Positions 12,182 through 26,100 of a stretch of DNA of 64,000 bases are shown piece after piece. The DNA comes from Cirrosporium novae-zelandiae (taxonomy: Eukaryota). Below the pieces are notes generated by a model, which searched no databases, was not told the origin of the DNA, and saw only the letters and a program-made list of their open reading frames with translations. Position 1 is the first letter of the stretch. Every line of letters starts with the position of its first letter. The position numbers and the translations under genes were made by a program. Location of the stretch: assembly GCA_026023565.1 (NCBI GenBank), contig JAPETS010000012.1, positions 372,001 through 436,000 on the forward strand, read 5' to 3'.

Positions 12182-15100
12182 ATGCCATCCCTCGAGATTG
12201 ATAGACAAGCTTCCTATAGAGTTGTAACCAAACGACGAAAGCTAGATGTGGTTACTGATACCAAACGGCCTGCGCATGTTGGATCAAAAATATTCTCGCC
12301 TTTCAGGGTATGTCGCAACAAGTCTCACATATAATAATCAAGTTTCCTAACAATTGACAAACACAGACCTTGGGCCTTGTATCCTCCACCCCAGTTCCAT
12401 TTACCAGCGTACCACTAGGAAAAACTACTTTTCAGATCACAACTTCCGTTGGACAATCGTTACAAACCTACGATCTCAGGAGAGGTTTAAACTTAGTCTT
12501 TCTTACAAGACCGCAAACACCAGGTGCCATAACAGCCACATTTGCATGGAAAGATAGAGTTTTAGCTGCGTGGGGGCCGTCGGGCGCAAATAATGGGGTC
12601 GGAGTATGGGTTTTCAAAAGAGGGAAGAAGGTGGCCGAATTCGAGATTCCGAAAGAACTCGGTGAACCTATAAGAAATATTATGATACTTGGGTCATGGG
12701 TTGTGGGGTGTTGCAAAAATCGCATTGAGATTTGGAAGACTGCCACCTACGAACACTACACGACTCTTTTTCCAACTGGATATGGAACTGCCGGAACAGA
12801 ATCACTAACAGGTGCTATCTGCAATCTGCCTACATTTCTGAACAAAATATTTGTCGGCAAATGGGACGGGAGTGTGGATATTTGGAATGTGAGCACAGGG
12901 AAATTAGTCTACACTATTCTCCCAAAATCTTCGGCAAAGGGCTCTGTTACCGCATTGCAATCAACTCCGGCGCTTTCCCTTCTTGCCATCGCTTACTCTG
13001 ACGGATCAATTGTGATCCAGGACGCCCGCACTGATACAGAAATTCTCAGTTTACGAACAAAGTCAGCATCAAACAATGCCATAACCTCAATTTCCTTCCG
13101 GACTGACGGTTTAGGTGCTGGTGAAGATGGTAGAAGAGCAGGTGTTATGGCAGCGGCTAGCATTAGTGGGAGTGACATCACAATTTGGGATTTAAATGAG
13201 GGTGGACGTATCATGGGGGTTCTACGTGGAGCTCATTTGCCATCCTCGGAATCGCTAGGTGTATCTGGGGGTGTGAATAAGATCGAATTTTTACCCGGTC
13301 AGCCAGTATTAGTTTCGACTGGTTTGGACAACTCTCTAAAATCATGGGTATTTGACGAAACTCCCTTTTCTCCTATCCCCAGAATCCTTCATTCCCGAAG
13401 TGGGCATGCTGCTCCAGTGACCAGACTTGATTTCTTGCCATCCAATTCCGAAGGTGTAGATATAGAAGGAAAATGGGTTATGAGCGCAGGCAAAGATCGG
13501 AGTCTCTGGGGATGGAGTTTGAGAAAGGATGGCCAAAGTTCGGAGCTCAGTCAAGGTAATACCCGCCACAAAGCAAAGAAGAAGGGTCTTCTTGCTGCCG
13601 GGAAAGGGTCCCGTGAGTCCTTGGAGGACCTTAAAGCCCCGGAGATTACGTGCATGGCATGCTCTTTGAATAGAGACGGCGGTATGAATTCCGCGGCTTC
13701 TGGTCATATTTGGATCAATGCTTCCACAAGTCAAAGTCGAGATGCTACGGCTTCTGGAGCAACCGGTTGGGAAAGTGTTGTTACAGGGCATAAAGGCGAT
13801 AAATATGCTCGAACTTGGTCATGGGGTAGAAAGAAGGCAGGCCGATGGGCTTTTGAGACTGGTGATGGTACTGAAGTGAAGGTAAGAAAAATTCCATGTA
13901 GTCATCTTGCTTGACTAATAATAATCTTTAGAGTGTCGCTATTTCCCCCTGTGGAACATTCGCAATGGTTGGATCTAGTGGAGGCAGTATAGTCATGTTC
14001 AATCTCCAATCTGGTATTCGCCGACAAAGCTTTCCCGCGAAATTGAATCCCGCGCAAGCCAAAAAACTGATGTTCGAAACACCTAATGATGGACAAGCAA
14101 CCAAAAAATTTGGACTAGGCCAAGGAAAGCACACAAAAGCAGTTACTGGAATAGTAGTTGATGGACTGAACCGCACCGTTATCAGCACTGGCTTGGATGG
14201 TAAACTCAAGTTTTGGGACTTTGCTTCAGGAATTTTACTGCACGAGATCAATTGGTACCCAATGACGACTATAACGGGAATACGATACTATCGCCCAAGC
14301 GATCTGATTGCCTTGAGTTGTGACGATTTGTGCATTCGGGTTGTCGATACCGAAACCAAGAAATTGGTTAGAGAACTATGGGGGTCTATTGGCCAAATCA
14401 CAGATTTCTGTTTCTCGAATGATGGTCGATGGATTATCGCAGCATCAATTGACTCTATCATCCGTGTTTGGGACCTTCCCACCGGTCATCTCATTGATGT
14501 AGTACAATTAGGCAGTGCTTGCACGGCTATGGCATTCTCCCCAACCGGGGAGTTTCTCGCGACGGCCCATGTCGATAATATCGGCATCAACATATGGAAT
14601 AACAAAACCCTCTTTCTACATGTACCCACTAGACAGCTCTCAGAGGATGAGATTGTTGAAATTACTGCGCCAACGGCCTCTGGAGAAGGTGGACAAGGAC
14701 TTCTTGACGCTGCTTTCGAGGACGAGGAAGGCAAAGATGCTATTCCAGATGGAGCTATCGTCACAATAGACCAATTAAGTGATCAAATGATGACGTTGAG
14801 CACTGTCCCCCAAGGAAGATGGCAGACATTATTACATCTCGAAGCTATCCGAGTATGACCCCTCTCCTTTAACTCGTTTCTCATCACTAACTAAAAACCA
14901 CAATAGCAACGCAACAAACCAAAAGAAGCCCCTAAAGCCCCCGAAAAGGCGCCCTTCTTCCTCTCCACCTTAGGCAAAAGCTCTCAACCAGCCGCCCAAC
15001 CTAAGTCTGAAGACCCCTCCTCTGCTCTCCTCGCAGACCACTCCCGAATTCTCAAAATGAACCGCCAAGCCAACGAAAGTGATTTTACTATCCTCCTCCG

Positions 15101-15461
15101 CACCAACGCTTCCACAAGTGACTATACCCCCTTCATCTCACACTTCAAAACACTCTCGCCCTCTGCTACAGACGTAGAAATCCGGTCCCTAAACTCTGCG
15201 CCTCCATACACTGAACTCGTCAGCTTTATCACGGCACTGACGTTCCGGTTGAGGCAACGGAGGGACTACGAGCTCGTGCAGGCGTGGATGGCGGTCTTTT
15301 TGAAAATTCATGGAGATGTGGTTGGGGAGGATGAGGCTGATGATGTAGTAGAGGCATTGAGAGAGTGGAGAGGAGAACAGAAGAGAGAGGCGGACAGGCT
15401 GAGAAATCTGGTTGGGTATTGTGGGGGGGTGGTGGGCTTTTTAAGGAGTGCAAGGGGTTAG
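12182..15461 (+). CDS. UTP21: U3 snoRNP/SSU processome WD40 protein Utp21
   Basis: Exons 12182-12307, 12367-13881, 13932-14852 and 14907-15461 with GT-AG introns. Motifs SKIFSPFR|TLG, WD repeats, RNKPKEAPKAPEKAPFFL and C-terminal DYELVQAWMAVFLKIHG. Confidence 0.93.
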
Positions 15462-17149
15462 GCAGCAGTGGGAGTAGCTTATACAATTCAAAAAAAGTAT
15501 CTATTTCCGTACGAAATAGAGAGGGGGGAGAAAGATACCCGTGTATGTCTAAGAAGGAATATAGTTACTAGCTAGATAATTATTGAACTATAACTATTAC
15601 AATCCTTTGTTCACATGTCAGTTGTAATCGTGGACGAACTCCCCTTCTCTATTCCCAACAGGTCTAAATATCAATTCTGGTTCCATCTATAAATAATAAT
15701 AATAACGGTAATAACAACTCAAGCGTGGCTGACTCTACTGCACATTTTTTTGTTTTTGTTGGTTACCATCCTGAGAGATTAACAATTCATTACTACTATG
15801 GGTCTAGGTTAATGGTACCACTTCCAAGACGAATATATATCACCTTCTCAATTCTTGTTTGAGGAATTGCTGCCTAGCAGTATGGCCCAAGGTCAGCTGG
15901 ATGTGTCTTGTGTCAGTTCGATCTTGTCCATGTCGGGCTTCTGATACTGGGCATTCGGGATAATAATCCTGATCCTATTCTCATGAACCTGTTTTAGCTT
16001 GTCCGTGTGTAACCATGTGCCATGTTCCTAGTTGTCACCCAGAACCTAAAGGATATTTTGAGGATGAAGAATATGACCCACTTCCTATTGTCACGCCCCA
16101 CTTTAAATTAGGGATGTCCTATCTATCTACAATGAAATCATCATGACCGAAACAATCCGCCGGCACCATGGGAAAAAATGTCATAATTTCAGCTGGATCG
16201 AGAGGTTCTCGGATATACCTAGAAGCTAGAGCTTAGACGTGTGCGAGGTTATCGTAAAGGAATTCGGATTGATAATCAACTGATGCCGTTCAGGAACGCC
16301 TATGAGTAATGGAAGAGATAGTCAAGTCATAGGGTTCTGGAGCCAGGAAGGTAGGCTATGGACCTTTTTTTGGATGCGGTGCTAGGTTATTCGATATTGA
16401 GGATGATTAATGACTGGGAATCCTCATGGAAGCATAGAGAAGTAAAATGTTAATAGTTGGAGTATCGATTAGATTTTTTGACACCCCTCGGGCATAAACT
16501 TGACTCCCCGGCAACAATTACCTCAACTATGCTGCTCATCCTTCTACATTGAACACAATCGCAACTTTTCAGACATCACTGGCCTATAAACCATTCAGAG
16601 ATAGGAGCCCCTGTCAAAACATTTGGAATCTCTTCTTTTCACTATGATCCAATGATTGCATCTGATGATCAACATGCTGGACTCCACATTTATGCAGTAT
16701 CTCTATTTTACTTCCGTTCTCTGGGTTGCTTCTAGAATCACATGTGGACTGGATTCGAGTAGGTCCGTCGAAGCTTCTAGTACTTGATTGATACTTACTA
16801 CTATCTGCTCTCGATTCTACGATTAGCACATTAAACCGGGAAATTTGAGTTCGAGATTCAAGAAGTAGCCATCACTGCGGTCTGTTTAACACAAACTCGA
16901 ACCAATTGCTTTGACGGTTCCCAGATGAGGCTGTTCATATCAGGTCCAAAGACCTTCACATGGGTGATCCAGAATCTTATCAAACTTGCTCCAGTACGGT
17001 AATACCCAGGAAGCTTTTTTTGCTATGGAAATATCATTGGAGTACCAATGCTGGAGCTGTCACTGTGGATGGGGATTTTCATCTGCCCTGCTGGAACCCT
17101 ACGAGCTTCTTTCTCTGCCTAAGGAGTGAATTTCATATGTCAAAGCTCT

Positions 17150-17405
17150 AATTTGAGACAGAATGGAGATAGGCTCTACAGCTATCCTCACGAACTCGTT
17201 GGGTATAGAGTCCAAGCAGCCATGAGGTACACTCTCAGCAGTAGAATCACACCGATTTCATGACCGATTATACATGCCAAACTCTCTCTCGGCCGTTTTT
17301 TCTAATGCGGAAGATGGATAACAGTGAGATAAGGTTAAAAATCAGATTCAAGGAACAGAATATTTTGGGTTACGGGCATCCCCTCACGCTGCTTATCCTG
17401 TGAGT
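17150..17405 (+). pseudogene. Possible relic of TPR (LGxEHPxTL-type) repeats
   Basis: Broken frames read NSLGIESKQP*GTLSAVE and NILGYGHPLTLLIL*. No intact ORF. Confidence 0.3.
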
Positions 17406-18631
17406 CGGGTCAACGGATGAAAGGATCGATGAACCATACCCACACAAATGCTTCGGAAAGGGTGCTTTAGGATTTGCTTATATCGTACAGCTAGCCAATT
17501 ACACATGGAGGAGATAACACCGAAGTCCAATCATGCTTACAAATTTATACTTCCCGAACATTAATGAAAGCTTGTTAGTGATGTAGCTTCCCTGCACGAG
17601 TTAAGCTGTGGATCGACCATTTACAGAGACAGAAAAGACGACGATTGTGTTGAGCCGTAGTTGAGAATACCATCTAGAATTGCCAATTACACTCTCACAT
17701 AATTATCCAATATGCAAAGTAAGCCATCCATATCCGGTCCATGTGAAATAAGTGTGTGTACCAAGTATTAAGTATTTGCTACTCCGCCCTGCCCGTCAGG
17801 GCAAGGCGTAGCTAGCTCAAGAAGTCAAAATATAATTTTAGGAGATGCCGTTATTACATTAATTAGTACCCAAGTAGTCAAAACCCAGCAGTCAAAACCC
17901 AGCAATCAAACCCCCCCTCGTAATTAACCTTACTACTCGAGTTACATGTTGCAATCCCTCCACCCCCACCTTGATAGCAAAAAAGATACAAAAATAAAAT
18001 CAACCAAAGGGCATAATCCTTGAATCCCTTTGGGAACAAAAAAAAAACACATTTTCGGTTTGACCTTATCTAATCGCAACCAATCAAAAGAGAAAAAAAA
18101 AAGATCGTTAGGGGGAACCATTAATATTCCTTTTCGCTGACACCGAGGATTTGGATTTGTTAACTGTTACAAACACCGATAACAAAGTCACCGATCGGTG
18201 ATTGAAAAAACAAAGAAAGCCTGAATTGGGTTAACAATTTACCCTAGCTTGGTTGTACAGCTCACAGAGTCACAGCACAGCTTCACAGCTCACACAACTT
18301 TCTCAGTCAGCCTTGTGTTTAGCTAAGCTTTTCTATCTCTCTGCCTGTCTGTCTGTGTCTTATGGACAAGGAAGAAGGGGGCTCAGCTTATTTTTTTGCG
18401 AGGAATAAATACCATGGCTATGGACGGAGAAGAAAAAGGTCTTCTGCCTACTTCATCAGATTCTTCTTTTTTATTGTTGTTATATAATTAATTTTTGCCT
18501 GTGGTTGATCGTTTGAGAGAAAAGGGTCTTCCTTAACGCTAGAGTTATATATCTTATTTTTTTCTTTTCTTTCTTAAAGCTATTATTATTTATTATATAA
18601 AACTCCATTTTCATTATATATTTCTTACGAA

Positions 18632-19650
18632 ATGGCTACTGGAAATTTCCACATCCAGCCAGGTCACCTTGCCTGCGCTTTTGACGGTTATTTGTCTGCG
18701 CAGCAGGCTCGTCTGCCCAAGCTGCTGGGCGTCGAACAGATTAGTCCGCGGGTCATCCGTGTGCTGGGAGGGAATCCGGGAAAGGTATGTTGGAGGTTTG
18801 TCTCCTAGGCGCATAGAACCCTCGCTGATATTCTCTCAAGTTCACCCTTCAAGGCACAAATACCTATATCGTGGGCACCGGCTCCTCCAGAATTCTCATC
18901 GACACTGGAAAAGGGTTCCCGCTGTGGATAGAAACCATCGCAGAGCTGTTAGCTTCAGAAAACATCACACTCTCCCATGTCCTCTGCACCCACTGGCACA
19001 CCGATCACACTGGCGGCGTTCCAGATCTCGTTTCGCGATATCCTCACCTCACTTCATCCGTATTCAAATGTGAGCCTGATGAGGGTCAACAACCTATCTC
19101 CGACGGCGAGGTATTTTCCGTCGAGGGCGCAACAATAAAGGCGCTGTTTTCTCCGGGGCACGCATACGACCATATGTGTTTTATCCTGCAGGAGGAGAAT
19201 GCGATGTTCACGGGAGACAACGTGCTGGGCCAGGGTACCACTGTCGTCGAAGAGCTGGGAACATTCATGAGCACCTTGAGAATAATGCTCGGCCAAGGTT
19301 GTGCCAAGGGGTATCCTGGACACGGATCCGTCATCCCGAATTTGACGTCGAAAATCTCGCAATACCTGCAACAGCGACTGAGGAGAGAAAAACAAGTTCT
19401 GAATGCCATGGAAAAAATAAAGAAAGAGAGAAGCAGTGGAACGTTCCGCGCTAAGGGCAGCGTGACGATCAACGACCTGGTGAGGGCAATACATGGCGAG
19501 AAGCTGGAGCCTCAAGTATACGAAATGGTTCTCACCCCGATCACCGACGAAATATTATGGAAGTTAGTGGCCGATGGGAAAGTAAGCTTCGAGATTCGTG
19601 GGGTTGAGCGGAAATGGTTTTTGAATGCTTCTGGGATCAGGATGAAATAA
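18632..19650 (+). CDS. Metallo-beta-lactamase-type thioesterase (ACTE/AptB/MdpF-like)
   Basis: Exon 1 ends QQARLPKLLGVEQISPRVIRVLGGNPGK, intron 18785-18840, then FTLQGTNTYIVGTG. Metal motifs THWHTDHTGG, PGHAYDH, FTGDNVLG and YPGHG. Confidence 0.88.
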
Positions 19651-20361
19651 TGGATGGGATTGCATATAGAACAACTGGCCGGATAGAATACTTGTTTTGA
19701 TGATACCTATAATCGATTTCTTTAGAGCAATGAAACACAACTTTTCCCGAATCTGTGGTTCGTATTCGTTCTCGAGATACGATTTTCTTGCCATCTCTTG
19801 GTACCGACGCTGGATCAAATTCGACAACTTATGAATTGAGGCAAGATGGTAAGGTAAGAAAGAAGCCTGAAGACTGACCGATAGTTCCTAATAAATTAAT
19901 GGAGTCCTTCGGGGCTCTGTTAGCTTGCTATTTGGGGTGTGGTCTTGACTAATCCTAGGCGCCGATGGACGCATTCTCCGGCCTCCCAAGATCCATTTAA
20001 AAGCCAACTCCAACCTCCAAAACTCCGCCGAGATATGCCAAGATCTCCGCTGATTCACCACTAACCACCTTACCATTGAAACAAAGATTCTTTTCAATAT
20101 GGATAAATTAAGGGAGCTTTTGCTCTCAGCATCCTTTATCATGCTAAGAAATGTTCCTGCTCTAATGTATGAGTTGGCTACTTAACACGTAGCTTGAGAT
20201 TTTGGATACCTAAGCAAGCGTTAAATATCCAACGGTTTCTTCATATCTTCCTTTTATGCTCGAGTTTCTTGACCTTTGAGAGGAAAGTTTCTTCTGTTTT
20301 CTTTCATCATTAGCATTTTTTCCCTTTCGTCTGTTAGCTCTGAAGGCTTCTCGTTTTTACA

Positions 20362-22097
20362 ATGCTTCCAAGGAGTATCGTCTTGGCTTCGGCCATCCTT
20401 CTGCCATTGGCATCTTGCACTACATCGGTCAGTAGAAATGCGAGTGGATTTGCTTCTAGTGTAGTCAGTTGTCTTAATATCTTTCTCCGATGCTAATATA
20501 TTGATAAGAGTCCTAGACGGGTGGTGGTGGTGCGACATCTACATCCCTTTAGATATTGACGAGTATGTTTTCCTTTGGGTTTCAAACCATTTCAACCTCA
20601 TCTTTCCTATCACTAATACCTTATCTAGTCTTCGATCATTGCTGGAAGATGACGAACCTCGTGTAATTATTCTTAACCAAGAATACAGTTTCGTGGGTAG
20701 TGAGGGCACCACAACGGCGGACGGATGCAGACCAGATTCCAACACTTGTGCAGATGACGGTGGTCAGGACGCGATTGACTCTGCAAACTAGTGTAGCAGC
20801 TCCTACCCTACTGTCGAAGTCACCTATGACAATGCTGCCCTAGATTATATATACGTGAAAAGTAACAAGTGAGTCTCAGCAGCGTAAAGTACAGACTTTC
20901 ACTAAATGATTTCCATAGAACCCTGATTGGAGAAGGTGACGCTGAAATTGTCAATGGTATGTTTCGTACTTCTTAAATGTTTGACTAGTCATTGATAAGC
21001 TTATCAAATTCTAGGTACTGGGCTTTACCTTCAAGGCGGCGTTGAAAATGTCATTATCCAGAATGTGTGGCTCACAAATGTTAATCCTGAGTATATTGGG
21101 TGGGGATCTCATTTCATTAGTTGGCACTGACATAATTTGGATCGATCACTGCAAATTTTCTCTCGCCGGTAGACAGTTTATCGTAACTGGCTACGATGCG
21201 GCTGGGAGAGTAACGATATCCAATAATGAGTTCGATGGTATTACCTCCTGGTTAGCTAGTTGCAACCATGTACGTTCATGTCTGATCGCCTAAGGTTTCC
21301 ATTTTCGTGTTCTTGGCTAATATTTGATTCAGGAACATTATTGGACTATGCTCTTCCTTGGAGCCGATGACCAAATCACTCTCGCCAATAATTATATTCA
21401 CGACACATCTGGGAGGTCCCCCAAGGTTGGCGGTTCCGGTTCCATTACTATGCATGCCGTCAACAACTATTGGCAAAACAATCTTGGCCATGCTTTTGAT
21501 ATCGCCGAAGGTGCTTATGTCCTCATTGAAGGAAACGTCTTCGACAACGTCACTACCGTCATCACAGACGATTCCGCAAGTGAAGGTGGATACATATTTA
21601 ACGTCCCGTCAAGCTCTGAATCCACATGTTCCGAATATCTCGACCGCGAATGTATCGATAACACTTACACGGACTCCACCAGTCCCGCAGACTACTCCGA
21701 TACGGACGTCTTCGGCAACATGACTACTGCATCCTCCATCTGGGAAGCTATGGCCGTCGATGAGGTCGCCAGTTATGTTGTTGAAAACGCCGGTATCGGA
21801 AAACTCTCTAGCTCCTCCTCGTCTGTCTCCATCAGCTCTGCCTCCGCCGTGGGTCTTGGTACTTCATCCGCTGCCTCCATTAGTTCAACTGCCGGTATCA
21901 CGTACAGTGCAACTAATGGATACTCAGCAACTGGTGGATGCATATTAACAGTCACGGCGGCAAGTGCTAGCTCAACCGGGAATCCAAGTTTTAGCACCAC
22001 ATCACAAGGAGGTCCTAGCCAGCAGGACTTTAACTTCTATGGCGATTTCCAAGGAAATTTTGCGGCTCATAAACGAAGACACGCTGTTGGGCATTAG
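20362..22097 (+). pseudogene. Pectin lyase (PL1) pseudogene
   Basis: Signal peptide MLPRSIVLASAILLPLASC, GFASSV|TGGGG, WIDH, AGRQFIV, HYW, SGRSPKV, HAVNNYW and Ser/Thr tail. In-frame TAG at 20789-20791 where Trp is expected; frameshifts near 20532 and 21095. Confidence 0.85.
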
Positions 22098-23148
22098 ATA
22101 TCTAGATGACATTGGGAAGCCTAGACTGAGTATGAGAAAAACTGTACCGGTATATAGTGGAACACCAGCGAACAGGGTTCCGTGTTGGTGACCAGAGATG
22201 AGAGATCAAATAGATCTAAGTGTGAGCTATATAAGATGATGAGTATACTTCTCATGTACATATATTATACATGTATATTCCGATATCAGCTGGTAGACAT
22301 ACTTAGAATATCAAACTATTCGACCTTGGAATTGGAGGTTCATGTCTGGAAGTATCTTCGTACAAAGTACTTCGACAGTACAGGAATACGGTTTTGATGC
22401 CTGATTAACAAGGCACTCATGAAATACAGTGGGGAAACTGCCCTCTGCACCAATTAGAATTAAAAATTAATTAATTATCTGATGAGAGTGACCGATGGTT
22501 GTGTGCTTGGCGACAAACAAACAAAGCAGCTAAGCGAGAGGCGCCAGTACTTATAGGTTGTTACGAACACAACAACCAACCACCACGTAGTTCAAAATTG
22601 AATCCCTTATATATCATCAAGCTAACTTAATCTTCCCTATAAATATTAGCTCCTCAATTATTTAACTTCTCAACCAATCTTGCTAGTAATCGAGATCGTT
22701 GTCACTGGTTACACGGCCTCAACTTTCGAGTGTCTTCATGCTCCGAATCAATATTATTTTCTATGGCTGATAATTATTCCTTATTTGGATTTGAAGTACA
22801 GCAGCCAGCCCGTACCTAGCCTCTAGCTCTGCTGTACTTACAAGCGCATATCCCTGTGAAAAGAAAATTATACGTCCGCTCCTCACTTCAGATAATGCAT
22901 ACTCTAGTATTATCGTTAATAAAAATGGTTGTCTGTTTCTCTCGTTTTGTCCGCAGCCTTGCTTACAGCAGGACTTTGCTGCATCTATGTTGTGCAAAGA
23001 TCTTTTTGCCCCTCCCTTGAGGCGGTCCCCGGCATATGAAATAGGTCCCAGTCTAGCACACCTCCAAAATGCATTAATTTCTCTGCTCAAGCTATCATGA
23101 GCCTTATAACTTCTCTTGCTGAAGACTTTGGAAATAACTACTGTCATC

Positions 23149-26100
23149 ACGACGAAACTCCTGCTTATCTATATCATTTTCTTCGCCTCCGGGGCCATGG
23201 CTTCTGGAGACGACTTTGCAAATAATCTCTTTTTCGATCTTGTTTCGTGTGTATACTTATTTGTTCTATGTAGAACTTATTAACATACGATCAGGTTACT
23301 GGCCCTATTCGGTGAGAATTTTGCAAAGCAATTCCTGAGTGAGTCGTACACATAGCTCGATCATATTATATTTGCTATGGCAGCATTAGGCATTATCACT
23401 GCCATGGTAGGAGCTATTCGCGTGGCTGGTCCATCGTGGTTCAGAGCTGTGATTGGACGAGCACGTGAAAATATTGCGGCGGCCGAGCTGGAGTTTATGT
23501 CATCGACGTCGCACGAAGTCTGCGAATTATGGAACGGACAAGCAATTGTACGGACAATGGGAAAAGAAATGGTAAAGCAGATTATATATTTGGAAGGTCG
23601 CGAGAACGAGAAAGAATATGGATTATTTACTCTTACTGAGGCAAAGAAACACAACTACATGGAAGAGAATGGTAAGTAAAATAGTGCCACCCATCATATT
23701 TCCTGACTATCCTAATACTATATTTTCCTATGTTCAGAGTACCGGGGCCCATTTATTTCCGAGCTTTTATCCTTTGCAACCTCTCTATGACCGAAAGGTG
23801 CCACGAAAAGATCCGGGGATGAAACAAAAAGTAGTAAATTCTCTATATGGAATTTCTGTGGCTTAGCGACCAGGCTAGGGCTTAGAGGTACAAAGGCAAA
23901 ATCTTTATACAAAATGAGGCATCCCATATCTACAGATTCTGAATCGCTGCAGAATACGAACAGTAAGCCGAAATCGGGTATACGGCCAGATCGTTACCAG
24001 AAGCCATCACAAAGTTTGAGCTTACAGAGCGAAACTAAGACTTCAAAGCATTGCCATTCTGGAAGGGCTTCTAACATCTCACTGAACCTCCACATTGAAA
24101 AGGAACTGGGAAAGGGAAATATTATAACGAAATCTATCGAACTAGTCATCATTGCCCTTTTGGGAATTCTCCTTCAGTCAGGAGTAGTCGTCTTCTCGGC
24201 GTTTACCGCGTATAACCCACGATTGAGCACGAATCTTGGCGGACCTGTGAAGCCTTATGCATTCCCTCTTCTAGCAGTAGGAACGGTTGTCCTTGTGCTT
24301 GGAATGGCTATTTGCTCCATTGTTATCGAACAGAGCACGGAGGAGTATACATGGACAGTTCAAAACGCGGAAAAAGTAAATAAAGTATCGAATTCTAGAA
24401 CCGATCAAATACCGTCTAAAGCAGAGCCCCTCTCATTGCTGTCAAAAGCAAGTACCACCGCTCTAGGGTCTAAGATATTAAGCGACCCAACGCATAATGC
24501 TTCCCTTACACCAATAAAAACACAAATTAGCTGCAAGGAAACGGATCAGCCAATTAAGATGCGCGTCTTCTGGCTTCAAAAAGATCACACTGTTAGTGAC
24601 CAGAGTTTCAATTCTTTTTTTATCATGGCCCGAAGTACGCGCCAGAGCATTCTTACATCCAGACGTAAAGATGATTCAGACCTAACCCAATATACTGCCA
24701 AAACAACCCAGAACCAGGCGATGCATCACACAAAACACTCCCGAAATTCTGATAAAATTTATAAGTTTATTTCGAATGCACTTCGTCTCCAGACCCTCGC
24801 GATAGCGAGAGCCTTGACTGGATTAAGCGGATTTGTACTTCAGTTCGAAGCATTCCGGGGAATGAGTTGGGTTTGTTCAATTGCACAGTTGATCGCTCTC
24901 TTGCTCATGACCATTCTAAGGGCCTACGTCCGTCGAAATTTGCTTGACCGACCGCATACTGAGGGAATGGATGAAGGATATGAGATGGATTGGCTCGCCT
25001 TAAGGGTTGGCTCTTGTCCTGATTATTTAAAAGATATCGCTGGCGGGCTACCTGACTTGTCCCGGTGTGCTAATTGCGGAAAAATGTATAAAGATAAAAA
25101 TTCGAGTGAAAGGGACCAGTTACACTGCCAAGTTCCGGAGTGGGAGATTTTTTCGAAGCCGGGGTGCTTAGCAATCCCCGGATCCTTCAAGAATCCGAGA
25201 GAGTCAACCCCCGAGGGTAGCGCCATTCCGCAGGAGGTAGTGAATGCGAGGAAAAGACTAGCCGAACTTACGAGATGGATAGGACCGGCGTATGGTGATA
25301 CTATATCTATAGTCAATGCCATCGAGAAAGTGATGAATAGATTTTTCCCTCTTGGGGAACAGAGTAGAAACCATTTCGTCTGGTTTTTGGACGCTAGGGT
25401 GTTCAACGAGCAGAGTATTTCTGACGAACTAAACCCCTTTAAACCGGAAACGGGAAAAATCAAGTTTGTTGTGGAAAAAGATGAGAAGGGAATGTGGAAG
25501 GCGGATTCAAGGGAAATAGAAGCTGCCCTTTCGCTGTGGATATATCATTTCCGCAAAAGAGGACAACAAGTAATAGAAATTCAGGAAACGTCCCACGAAG
25601 TGTCTGACTGGCTACGACCTACCGAATCAAGCATGGAGATGGAACCTTTTCGAGTGTTAGGGACATATACAAATACTCTGGAGACAGACTTGCGCTTTTG
25701 GATCCGCAGTGATATTGTATCGGCATTGGAGCGGCGAGTGGATGTTAGTGAGAATGATGTTAAATCTCAACAATCCTTGATGTTAGGATTCTGCAACTTT
25801 GGTGGTATCTCCAAAGGTCAGTAATTATCCTCAATCTGTGGAGAAACCTATGCAGAGTTGCCTTACCACATCAATGAAGTTGCTAACATATCAATGCCTA
25901 GAACCTGAGGGCGAAAAGAAACTTATATTAGGAGTGCGATCTAATATTCAGCTGAAACATTTCCTAGCTCAACATATCTTTTCTGCTTTCATGTGGGCAA
26001 TTGCTGACCAGATTCCAAGCTCACGTTTTAACGAAACGACTGTTGAGGACTCTGCTAAAGGCGAATTTGACTTCACACATAATAAATTCCTCAAACTCAA

